Below are positions 28,984 to 37,692 of a DNA stretch of 64,000 nucleotides, in pieces; position 1 is the stretch's first letter; each line of letters opens with the position of its first letter. The notes under the pieces are model-generated. The model searched no databases. It saw only the letters and a program-made list of their open reading frames with translations, and was not told where the DNA came from. This DNA is from Candidatus Thorarchaeota archaeon (GTDB lineage Archaea > Asgardarchaeota > Thorarchaeia > Thorarchaeales > Thorarchaeaceae): NCBI GenBank assembly GCA_003345545.1, contig PRDH01000044.1, positions 96,001 to 160,000 on the forward strand, given 5' to 3'. The position numbers and the translations under genes were made by a program.

Positions 28984-30213
28984 ATGGCCGGATCGGATAG
29001 TGATAGATTGGACCTGGGGCTCAAGACTCTGCTCGACAGAGCCATAGAACTCGATCAGAGAGGAATGAAGAACGAGGCGTGCCAATTATACCTCAAGGCA
29101 AGTAAGATATTGATCAAGCTTTCAAACTCAGCCGCTCTTCCAACCATAAGAAAACACTACTTCAATCGCGCCCAAGAGTGCGTTGATAGGGTTAGATTCC
29201 TCTCAGGCATTAAGAAGAAATCGGCAGGACCTGTTGATGGTCTTGCTGAACCGCCAAAGGCAGACTTTGGTCCTGCCAAGCCTACGCGAATCAAGCAAGC
29301 ATCCAAGGTTGAGCAGGAGATTGACGAGGATGCGAAACGACTGCGAGAGATGATCTCGGACACAATCATCTCTGAGCGGCCCAAGATCAAACTGTCTGAA
29401 GTTGCTGGACTCGAAGACGCAAAACAGGCGATTAATGATGCAATAGTCACACCAATGAAACATCCGGAGCTATTCAAGGGCAAGGCAAGACAGCCATGGA
29501 GAGGAATCCTATTCTTTGGACCAGCAGGCTGTGGAAAGACACTCATTGCAAAAGCAGTGGCATCAGAGGTGAACGCGACATTCTTCAATGTCTCTGCCGC
29601 GAACATCGTCAGCAAGTGGTTGGGAGAGTCCGAACGCTTGGTCATGAGCCTCTTTGAACTGGCCAGAAAGAATCAGCCTGCAATCATTTTTGTTGATGAG
29701 CTCGACTCTATCGGTGTGTCGCGCTCTGGAGATGATGTTGGGGGAGAACGACGACTTAAGACCCAACTGCTTACAGAGCTTCAGGGTCTTGGAAGCAATC
29801 CAGAAGACAGAATCACTCTGATTGGAGCCACGAACCTACCGTGGGAGCTGGACTTTGCACTTCGGTCGAGATTTGAGAAGAAAATACATGTTCCACTTCC
29901 TGGACGAGAGGCAAGAACAGCAATCTTTGAAACCCATATGGAAGACATCGAGGTTTCTCCGACCATTGACTACGAAGAGATGGCAGATCTGACCGAAGGG
30001 TACAGTGGTCGAGACATAAGCATCGTCTGCCGAGAGGCAGCAATGGAACCAATCCGAGACCTTCAGCGCACTGGAAGAATGGACGATGAGAGAGAAATCT
30101 TGGACATCCGGCCCGTTTCAAGGGAAGACTTCTTGAGCGCCATCGAGAACATCAGACCTGCAACTCCCCCAGAGGATGTCAGGAAATACATTGACTGGGC
30201 GGAGGGTTCTTAG
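28984..30213 (+). CDS. vps4: Vps4 AAA+ ATPase with N-terminal MIT domain
   Basis: MIT (RAIELDQ...EACQLY...AQECVDRV), VAGLEDAK, PWRGILFFGPAGCGKT, SKWLGESE, FVDELD, ATNLPWELD, TEGYSGRDI. Confidence 0.93.
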   Translation: MAGSDSDRLDLGLKTLLDRAIELDQRGMKNEACQLYLKASKILIKLSNSAALPTIRKHYFNRAQECVDRVRFLSGIKKKSAGPVDGLAEPPKADFGPAKPTRIKQASKVEQEIDEDAKRLREMISDTIISERPKIKLSEVAGLEDAKQAINDAIVTPMKHPELFKGKARQPWRGILFFGPAGCGKTLIAKAVASEVNATFFNVSAANIVSKWLGESERLVMSLFELARKNQPAIIFVDELDSIGVSRSGDDVGGERRLKTQLLTELQGLGSNPEDRITLIGATNLPWELDFALRSRFEKKIHVPLPGREARTAIFETHMEDIEVSPTIDYEEMADLTEGYSGRDISIVCREAAMEPIRDLQRTGRMDDEREILDIRPVSREDFLSAIENIRPATPPEDVRKYIDWAEGS

Positions 30214-30216
30214 AGG

Positions 30217-30954
30217 TTGGGCATGAGAGAGAAGCGGAAAGAGAAACGAAGAGAAGAGGCCCAGGAAGAACCAGAAGATACTGAGGTGGTCAGGACAGTT
30301 CAGGAGGCAGAGACCTCCCCAGTAATAGAGGAAGACATTCACACACCCGAGGTCATCATTGGGAAGCCCGATGCGACTGAAGTAGTCTCTGAGAATGAAG
30401 CTGTCACAGACGAAACCGAAGCAGAGAAACTTCAGAGCGTACCAGTCGTTTCGATGCCCCCTTGGGGTAGCCCCGAGGAGAGCGAATGGATGTACGGTGT
30501 TCCTCCAAGAGAAGAGGATAGAATCTTGTGGGCAGAGGAGTGGTCAGATTATCTGCTTCAATGGGCAGAACTCAAACAGATCCATGTACTATCCCTTGCT
30601 GTGTTCATTAGTGAACCTCCTTTCAATGATTTGAGAAACAAGGTCGACTCCTTCAAGATGATTTCCGAGGTCCTCATCGATAAGGAGGTGGCGGAATGGA
30701 GTGATAGGCGAAGACGCCAACTCAGAATCTTTTGGAAACCACTTGAGGACTGGGCGGACCTGATATATGAGTGGTCCCTGAGAACAGGAAAGCTAAGACT
30801 AGATGTGAAGTCCATAGTGATACAGGAGTCAAAGGAGAGCTTTGCAAAGCTTCCTGAAAGAGACCTCCATGTTGTTATGGGGTTGATGGTAGAGAAAGGA
30901 TTTGCTGAGTGGATTGATAAGAAGAAGGGCGCAGTCCTGGTATCGACTCAGTAG
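30217..30954 (+). CDS. Vps25-like ESCRT-II subunit with acidic disordered N-terminus
   Basis: PP motifs (MPPW, VPPRE), WSDYLLQW, IFWKPLEDWADLIYEW, LMVEKGFAEW match tandem Vps25 winged helices. Confidence 0.8.
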   Translation: MGMREKRKEKRREEAQEEPEDTEVVRTVQEAETSPVIEEDIHTPEVIIGKPDATEVVSENEAVTDETEAEKLQSVPVVSMPPWGSPEESEWMYGVPPREEDRILWAEEWSDYLLQWAELKQIHVLSLAVFISEPPFNDLRNKVDSFKMISEVLIDKEVAEWSDRRRRQLRIFWKPLEDWADLIYEWSLRTGKLRLDVKSIVIQESKESFAKLPERDLHVVMGLMVEKGFAEWIDKKKGAVLVSTQ

Positions 30955-31772
30955 GCTCCTTGGTTTGAGGTTTCAGGTTTATCTCGTGCTCTGAGACCCG
31001 GAAAATAATACCTCCCGCCTGTTGAGAAACGGATATCTGCAACTGCCATTCCGGTTTCTACGAGGCTCGTGAGCACTTGACGTGCATGATCTTCGGACCA
31101 TTTGAGCTGCATCATCACGTCTTCTACTGAAACATGACCTTTCGATGCTGCCAGGTTGACCACATCAGCTTGATCACGGCGGAGTTCGAGCGGCCTTAGC
31201 TCTACGACCTTCACTCCTCCACGAAGAGTCCGAATGCCAGGCAACAGACCGTTCTCTGACACCCGATTGACTGCCTCGATTACATCATTGTATGTAACGG
31301 ATTTCATCTCAGGAAGACGGCGTACGACCTCGACAATGAGCTCCGCAAGCCCCATTAGTCCCTTCGAAGCGTGCTCAGTCGCAACATCAAGTATTGCTAA
31401 GCCAATATAATCATAGTACTGGTCAGCATTCATTCCCTGATAGGACGTTGCGGAAGCACTCTCGCGGAGCCTGAGAAGGTCAGCAGCATCTGGAAAGACC
31501 TCTGTTATCCGTTCGCCTGCAAAGAAGCCCCCGACATCCAGTCCGCTTCGCTTCAGATTATCAATATGGCTCCGCACCTCCTGAAGGAGTGCTTGTGATT
31601 CTCTCTGGAATGATCCAATATCAACAGCACCCAGGTCATACAGCTTCTTCAGCTGGTCAAGCGTGGCAATGGAGGCATAGAGTTCTGTTTCGAATCGCTC
31701 CTGCATCGGTGATAGTTCCTTCTCTATTCTGAAAGTCCGCACAATGCTGACAAGACTCATTAAATTGCTCAT
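30948..31772 (-). CDS. Vps28 N-terminal domain fused to Vps22/Vps36 (EAP30) winged helices
   Basis: ELYASIATLDQLKKLYDLGAV...F...QALL resembles Vps28-NTD. YYDYIGLAIL...GLMGLAEL...VTYNDVIEAV...PLEL..DQ..V...KWSEDHARQVL..LV..G.A..D....YYFPGL matches EAP30. Confidence 0.8.
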   Translation of the reverse strand: MSNLMSLVSIVRTFRIEKELSPMQERFETELYASIATLDQLKKLYDLGAVDIGSFQRESQALLQEVRSHIDNLKRSGLDVGGFFAGERITEVFPDAADLLRLRESASATSYQGMNADQYYDYIGLAILDVATEHASKGLMGLAELIVEVVRRLPEMKSVTYNDVIEAVNRVSENGLLPGIRTLRGGVKVVELRPLELRRDQADVVNLAASKGHVSVEDVMMQLKWSEDHARQVLTSLVETGMAVADIRFSTGGRYYFPGLRARDKPETSNQGAY

Positions 31773-31802
31773 GCTTTAAGTGAGAGTATTATCTCGCTAC
31801 TA

Positions 31803-33161
31803 CTAGGGTGTGAGTCTGTCTCTGTCTCGCGGTAGAAGTGTGGCCTCACGGATATTATCAATGCCAAGAATCTGCATGGTAAGCCGCTCGACTCCAAGGC
31901 CTAGTCCACCATGTGGCGGAGCACCATACTTGAAGGGATCCAGATAGAAACTGAAGTCTGGAGGATTGAATCCCTTTGCTTTGAACCGCTCAATGAGAAG
32001 GTCATACAGGTGGATGCGTTGGCCTCCGGTCGTGATCTCCATTCCCTTATACGTGAGGTCAAAACTCTCGGTCATTCCTTCATCAGTTAGACTTGGCATG
32101 GTGTAGGCAGGTCTCAGTTCCAGAGGGTAGTGAGTAATGAAGACCATATCAGTGCCATATTTCTCTGGGAAGATTTGTCCAAGCAACTGCTCACATTCTG
32201 GGTCAAGATCGTCATTGATAGCGAGCTCTTTTCCGGCATTGTTGAGAAGTCCAATTGCTTCGACGTACTTCACTCTCTTGAAGGGCACTCGAGGTACCTT
32301 AAGGTCTATGCCAAGTTGTGCGAACTCGTGTGCAGCTGCCTTCTTTGTCTTCTCGAAGGAGTAGTTGAGCATTCGTTCTTCCATCTTCATGACATCCTCT
32401 ACTCCGCTGATCCAAGCCATTTCAAAGTCAAACGATGTATACTCGTTGATGTGACGTCTTGTATTATGCTTCTCAGCCCTGAAGACAGGCGCTATCTCGA
32501 AGACTCTGCCGAATCCAGCAAGCAGCATGAGCTGTTTGTAGAACTGTGGGCTTTGTGCGAGGTATGCTTTCTTCTCGAAATACTTGACTTCGAATAGGTC
32601 TGCACCGCCCTCTGTGGCTTCTGCTACAAGCTTGGGGGTATGAATCTCTACGAAGTCATTCTTCTCAAGATACTCCCGGGCATAACGGACCAGGCTATGT
32701 TGAATCCTGAAGATTGCGTTGATAGTCGGTTTACGAAGGTCTAGAATACGATGATTGAGGCGTGTGTCTAAATCAATGTCTACCTTTCCCTCTACAATAT
32801 CGATTGGAAGGCGGTCAGCAGTGTTCAGGACGCGTATCCTTGTCGGGACTATCTCGACACCGTTAGGAGCCTGCGGCGAGGCGACCACATCGCCATGGAC
32901 GGCAACAACCGTTTCAGGTTTCAATTGTCCGGCAACCTCAAAGACCTCCGCGGGGACCTTCTTCTGGGGAATAGCGACTTGCACAGTGCCATGCTCGTCT
33001 CGTAGAACTAGGAATTTGATCTTCCCCTTGTCTCGCAGGATGTGGGTCCATCCCATGAGTATAACCTGAGTGCCTGCAAGTTCCGGTGTTATCTGATTGC
33101 TGAAGTGGGTGCGCTGCTCACTGCCGATTGGGACAACGCCCGCTGTCTTGTAGAAATCCAT
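31803..33161 (-). CDS. aspS: Aspartate--tRNA ligase (probably non-discriminating, Asp/Asn)
   Basis: OB fold, LAQSPQFYKQ, FRAE, GGQRIH, PPHGGLGLGVERL; Pro-containing L1 loop. Confidence 0.95.
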   Translation of the reverse strand: MDFYKTAGVVPIGSEQRTHFSNQITPELAGTQVILMGWTHILRDKGKIKFLVLRDEHGTVQVAIPQKKVPAEVFEVAGQLKPETVVAVHGDVVASPQAPNGVEIVPTRIRVLNTADRLPIDIVEGKVDIDLDTRLNHRILDLRKPTINAIFRIQHSLVRYAREYLEKNDFVEIHTPKLVAEATEGGADLFEVKYFEKKAYLAQSPQFYKQLMLLAGFGRVFEIAPVFRAEKHNTRRHINEYTSFDFEMAWISGVEDVMKMEERMLNYSFEKTKKAAAHEFAQLGIDLKVPRVPFKRVKYVEAIGLLNNAGKELAINDDLDPECEQLLGQIFPEKYGTDMVFITHYPLELRPAYTMPSLTDEGMTESFDLTYKGMEITTGGQRIHLYDLLIERFKAKGFNPPDFSFYLDPFKYGAPPHGGLGLGVERLTMQILGIDNIREATLLPRDRDRLTP

Positions 33162-33290
33162 TGGTTACGCCTCAGTCTGATTAGTTCCATCCGGAGCGTT
33201 GCAGATTAAGAGGCTTTTGGAGTGAGTCAATCAGGGAGGTTGAAGATGGTCTGAGCGTATCTCAAGACCACCTTCTAGTACTCGCCTGTA

Positions 33291-33536
33291 CTACATGGGC
33301 GTCTGCACCAGCTCGTAGACCCGCTCCCGCGCATCCTCTTTATGCCCTGCCTCTTGAATCAATCCCATGGCTTTCAGCCGACTGATGCCATAGTTGACCG
33401 TTCTGGGAGGCAGATATGTTGTGCTTATGAGGTCCTGCCGGGTCATCCGGCGCTGACTCTTAAGAAGCACATAGAGAAATTTCGCGGAAGGAGGCAAAGA
33501 CATGAACGAGCGTCTGGCAAACGCTATCCCACCCAA
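33291..33536 (-). CDS. Small winged-HTH regulator (MarR-like)
   Basis: LPPSAKFLYVLL...MT..DL...TYLPPRTV.YG..RL...DARERVY. Confidence 0.85.
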   Translation of the reverse strand: MGGIAFARRSFMSLPPSAKFLYVLLKSQRRMTRQDLISTTYLPPRTVNYGISRLKAMGLIQEAGHKEDARERVYELVQTPM

Positions 33537-33622
33537 TGATTATTGCCATGACTTTAGTACCTCCGTGAAATTTGCGATTCTGAAGACCTGTTTGCTGATA
33601 AATCTTGGCATCATCTGGTGGC

Positions 33623-34975
33623 CTATCGCGGCTTTTCGAGAACTATTACCCATTCACCGAGCATTCTCTCTTTCCGAGGGATTCGAATGAAATGGCGAAT
33701 CAACTTGGAGAAGAACACTCTGTCAAGCTGGAATCCTGTCCTTTCGGTCGCAATCTCCGTGAGAATCTCGTGCGATTTCACTAACACGCCACGGATGAGA
33801 TTGCTACCTATCGCAATGCAGTAGTGACCTCCAGGCTTCAGGACTCTCATGGTCTCTGTCAACTGTGCTTCCATGTCGTCAAAGAACTTGTAGACAATGT
33901 ATGAACGTCTTGGGTCTGTCTCGAATATTCGCGCAAGTATTGGATCAAGTGTTTCCAGATTGGTGACTCGAAGACCCTGATAGTCCGTCTTGTAGACTGC
34001 TTCTGTTCCAATGTAGCGTCGTTTCACGTTCGCGAGAGGGCCATCCTCGTCGAGCAAGTCCAACCAGTACATCTCCAGTTGATGAGTACGCGGGTAATCT
34101 ACGGCATTGATGTAAGGGGGCGATGTTACTGCCAAGTCAATGCTCTCTGAATCTAGGCCCGTATGTATTGCAGTACTCTTGGGGAGCTGAACATCCCACC
34201 TCGCAGAAGACGAGTAGACCTCCCAGAGCTCGTTCATTGCAGCTACTTGCTTTGAAAGTGTGGTGAGAAATCTGGATATCGTGTCACCTGGGGCAATCTT
34301 CTTGATGATTCTCTTTCTGAGCACTGTCCGGGTGCAATGTGAATCTGCATTCGAAACGTCACGGATAATCGAAGACAAGACGACTCTCAGGAAGTCTCGA
34401 ATATCAAAGAGCAGGTCCCGCTCCATGTCAGCGTACAGTCTGGGGACTTCGTCGATGCATTTCTTTAGCATGGCCAACTCCTTGAGCACAAATGGTCGAA
34501 ACCAACTGTCACGGTAGTTGAACTCTGGGATAATGCCATCGAACTCGCCATCCTTGTCAATGGATTGGATACTCGTTGAGAGGGATGACACCACATTTTT
34601 GAGAAGACTCGGACAAACGGGAGTAGTCTTCACCTTTGTGAGGAGCTGTGCAATTGCATCCACATCAATTCCTACTCCTCTCCGGTTATTCAGTACTGCC
34701 TCAAGAACGGCGGTGCCACTTCCACACATTGGATCTAGCACCGTATCACGTTCATTGGAGAACCTGCGAATTAGATACCGAGGGAGTTCCGGAAAGAATT
34801 TTGCAGGGAACTTGTGAATTCCATGTGTAAGATAGGACTGGTCCTTGCTGACAATTAGGATGCTTGACCCATCAGGAATCACGGTTGTTGGGTCAATGTC
34901 TCCGATGAACTCCAAATGACTCTGGGAATCCCGAGCGACTTCTGTTGACTCCAGATTAGAAACTCGATTTACCAA
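33623..34975 (-). CDS. DNA methyltransferase (probably N4-cytosine), no adjacent endonuclease
   Basis: HGIHKFPAKF.P, VLDPMCGSGT (motif I) precedes VTSPPY (motif IV), RVLKPGG. Confidence 0.88.
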   Translation of the reverse strand: MVNRVSNLESTEVARDSQSHLEFIGDIDPTTVIPDGSSILIVSKDQSYLTHGIHKFPAKFFPELPRYLIRRFSNERDTVLDPMCGSGTAVLEAVLNNRRGVGIDVDAIAQLLTKVKTTPVCPSLLKNVVSSLSTSIQSIDKDGEFDGIIPEFNYRDSWFRPFVLKELAMLKKCIDEVPRLYADMERDLLFDIRDFLRVVLSSIIRDVSNADSHCTRTVLRKRIIKKIAPGDTISRFLTTLSKQVAAMNELWEVYSSSARWDVQLPKSTAIHTGLDSESIDLAVTSPPYINAVDYPRTHQLEMYWLDLLDEDGPLANVKRRYIGTEAVYKTDYQGLRVTNLETLDPILARIFETDPRRSYIVYKFFDDMEAQLTETMRVLKPGGHYCIAIGSNLIRGVLVKSHEILTEIATERTGFQLDRVFFSKLIRHFIRIPRKERMLGEWVIVLEKPR

Positions 34976-35336
34976 GGAGGCACAGTCTTCCTTACTTTGT
35001 CTATTCCATCGAATGAAATCCTTAGAAGATAATAAGCTAGCCGCCCACTCCCAGCTGAGAGGCGATTACGGGGTCTTGATGCTAAAAAAGTCAATTCTTA
35101 TCAGGATTTCGGGCAAATACGGTCCATCGATAGTCCTATATATAACCGCCATTCAAGCATACGTCGATTCTGAACGGCAGCAAACAGGGTGTTGCCCAAT
35201 GGCATGTAAGTTCTGACGCGCCAGAAAACGCCAATTCGCATAGCGTAGTGAAGGGGCTGCGCATCACGACTTCTTGCCTGAAGGTGATTTCCCGTTAGCT
35301 TGTTTGTGAATCTCGAAAAAGAGGAGATAAAACAAA

Positions 35337-35666
35337 ATGTCAGATCTGAAGAAAATCGGAGACCTACTGATACTCATCGGTGCTATTATTGGACTCATTG
35401 AGGGTATTCTGACCGCTCTGCGTATCACAACTTTGGCATTCCTACCGTACCCAGCCTTCGGACTCGATCCCCTGATAACGGGTATCCTAGGAATCATATT
35501 TGCGCTGATTGCCCTAGTGAACAGTGGTACAATTAAGATTAAGATACTTGAATTCAGCAACAAGTGGCTAATCGTCCTCATCATGGGTATTCTCATGTAT
35601 GTGTTTGCTAGCGGACTGGGTGGAATCCTAGTTATCATTGGGTCTCTTCTACTACTAGTCAAATAG
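35337..35666 (+). CDS. Small glycine-rich 4-TM membrane protein
   Basis: GAGGAG ribosome-binding site, upstream TATATATAA, hydrophobic GxxxG-rich ORF, downstream terminator. Confidence 0.8.
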   Translation: MSDLKKIGDLLILIGAIIGLIEGILTALRITTLAFLPYPAFGLDPLITGILGIIFALIALVNSGTIKIKILEFSNKWLIVLIMGILMYVFASGLGGILVIIGSLLLLVK

Positions 35667-35725
35667 AGTATGATTGCTCAACATGATTGACGTTCAATCA
35701 GTGTTGAGCAATTGCTCTTTTTTTT
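35666..35725 (+). terminator. Long stem-loop plus T8 between convergent genes
   Basis: attgctcaaca-tgattga-cgt-tcaatca-g-tgttgagcaat followed by tttttttt. Confidence 0.7.
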
Positions 35726-35735
35726 CTTCCGAAAA

Positions 35736-37082
35736 TCAGATTTCTTCAGAGATTGCTTTGTCAACTCTTCCAACAGCATCTTCGATGTTCTCTCTGGTGA
35801 TGGTATAGCTGGGAGTGAAACGAATCACGTTCTGACCAGCTCCAAGCACCCAGAGGTGTTGCTTCTGAACCGCATTCTTGACGACAGCATCTCTCAGCTT
35901 CCGATTCTTCTCTCGGGTCTTCTTGTCCTTCACTAGTTCGACGCCGATCATAAGGCCCAAGCCACGAACGTCTCCGACGACTTCGTACTTGTCTTTCAAT
36001 TCACCAAGTAGTCCTAATAGGTACTCTCCGTTCTCCTTGTTCTTCCTCAGGAAATTCCCATCCTCCATATGCTTGAAGATCCACAGCGACAAGAGAGACA
36101 TCTTGGGTTCTGCAGAGAAAGTTTCAGAGTGCCGAGATGCACCAGTGTACATAGGAGCAGGACCGATTGATGCACCCATTGGGTATCCACCTCCGATTGC
36201 CTTGCCCATGGAGATATAGTCCGGAACCACGCCATGGTACTCAATCGCGCACCACTTCCCGGTTCTGCCCATGCCTGCCTGTACTTCATCTGACATGAAG
36301 TATGCTCCCACTTCCTTGCTCAGCTCATAGATACCCTTTACTGCCTTGGCAGGTGGAACAATGAGCCCGCCTTCACCGCAGAGAGGCTCCATCACCGTAG
36401 CCGCGATGTCGTTACCCTCAACTTCCAAGGCATATCTCAGGGCTTCAACACACTCAAGACTACAATCTTCCTCATCTGTGCCACAGGGACACCTGTAACA
36501 GTACGGATAGGGCACACGAACGACATCAACACCCTGGGGAAAACCTGACTTGTGCCTTGAGTTCGATGATGTAAGAGAGAGAGCGTAGCCTGTTCGACCA
36601 TGAAATGCGGGTCGAAATGCAACGAATCTTCTACGACCAGATAAATCCATTGCGGACTTCATGCAACCTTCGACCGCCCGTCCCCCGGAAGTCGTGAACA
36701 TTACTCGTTTCTTATGGTCCCCAGGAGTGATTGCAGCAACACGCTCAGCAAGAAGCGTCTGAGGAATCGCATCGAAATCCTGTCCTGGAAGCTCATTAAT
36801 CACATCAATTAAACTCGCCTCAAAATCGAGGAATGGCTTGTAACGAAGCCCAAATGCACGAACGGCCACGCCACCTGTGACATCAAGGTATTCCGTGCCC
36901 TCGATGTCGAAGACACGCAGACCCTCGCCTGTGGTGTGGTCAAGACAGCCATACACATCTCTGTCTTGAGTAGTAAGCGCCAGAGCCTCTGCAGCGCGCC
37001 TCTTCCAATAGTCGTTTGTCAAATCCTGTCGACGAATATTGAATCCCAGATACTCGAGAGTCTTGATGTGTTTCTCTTCCAT
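35736..37082 (-). CDS. Class III PLP aminotransferase (ornithine/4-aminobutyrate-like)
   Basis: YLDVTGG.AV, AFHGRT, EPLCGEGG, DEVQAGMGRTG, GKAIGGG.P, DVRGLGLM. Confidence 0.92.
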   Translation of the reverse strand: MEEKHIKTLEYLGFNIRRQDLTNDYWKRRAAEALALTTQDRDVYGCLDHTTGEGLRVFDIEGTEYLDVTGGVAVRAFGLRYKPFLDFEASLIDVINELPGQDFDAIPQTLLAERVAAITPGDHKKRVMFTTSGGRAVEGCMKSAMDLSGRRRFVAFRPAFHGRTGYALSLTSSNSRHKSGFPQGVDVVRVPYPYCYRCPCGTDEEDCSLECVEALRYALEVEGNDIAATVMEPLCGEGGLIVPPAKAVKGIYELSKEVGAYFMSDEVQAGMGRTGKWCAIEYHGVVPDYISMGKAIGGGYPMGASIGPAPMYTGASRHSETFSAEPKMSLLSLWIFKHMEDGNFLRKNKENGEYLLGLLGELKDKYEVVGDVRGLGLMIGVELVKDKKTREKNRKLRDAVVKNAVQKQHLWVLGAGQNVIRFTPSYTITRENIEDAVGRVDKAISEEI

Positions 37083-37165
37083 AATGCCACTGTCCTCTGA
37101 TAGCTGGTTCGAGTGGAGATGCTCACCATTATCTAATTTCCTATACCGGAACGCCGATTCTGTAT

Positions 37166-37537
37166 TCAGGACTTTGCTAGTAGAAGAATACCCCCGAGGA
37201 GTATCATGAACCCTGCAAGAGTGTCAAGACTTTGCAGCCAAGCGAATGGGTCAAGTGTGATTCCTGGCCAGGACACAATCAGAATGATAACGAAGCCAAG
37301 AAGTGCCAAGAGAAGCCCAGATCGGTGAAGCTTCCAATGAGTAAATCCGCATGCATCAAATGCTAATGCGACTAGGATTATGACTATAAAACCCAAGACT
37401 ATCTGCATTAAGCCTTCGACTGTTCCGGGGCCTGGTGAGTTGATGTTATTGATGATTCTCTGCAGTGAATATAGGATGAGTACTATGCCACCTAAGACTG
37501 TGTAGCCTTGTGCCGCGCCTTCTGCTTTGCAGCCCAT
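37166..37537 (-). CDS. Small 4-TM membrane protein
   Basis: Hydrophobic ORF with a layout similar to 35337..35666 (C-terminal LAGFMILLGGILLL). Confidence 0.65.
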   Translation of the reverse strand: MGCKAEGAAQGYTVLGGIVLILYSLQRIINNINSPGPGTVEGLMQIVLGFIVIILVALAFDACGFTHWKLHRSGLLLALLGFVIILIVSWPGITLDPFAWLQSLDTLAGFMILLGGILLLAKS

Positions 37538-37692
37538 GATTATGATACCTCCATGGAACCTATTGATCCCATTGTCTGTGAATCTAGAACTCATTGAGAT
37601 ATTAAAGTGTCCCCTATTCATACGACCTCAGGTAATACATACCATTGTATTGTTCAGAGAGAATGCTCGTATGACAGCAAAATGGTCATCTA

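Noticed and set aside
33623-34975. Restriction-modification or defence island
   Set aside because: No nuclease or other defence gene is adjacent.
35666-35717. SECIS-like hairpin
   Set aside because: It is a near-perfect stem without a GA/GA kink motif, and no flanking gene has an in-frame UGA; a terminator is the simpler reading.
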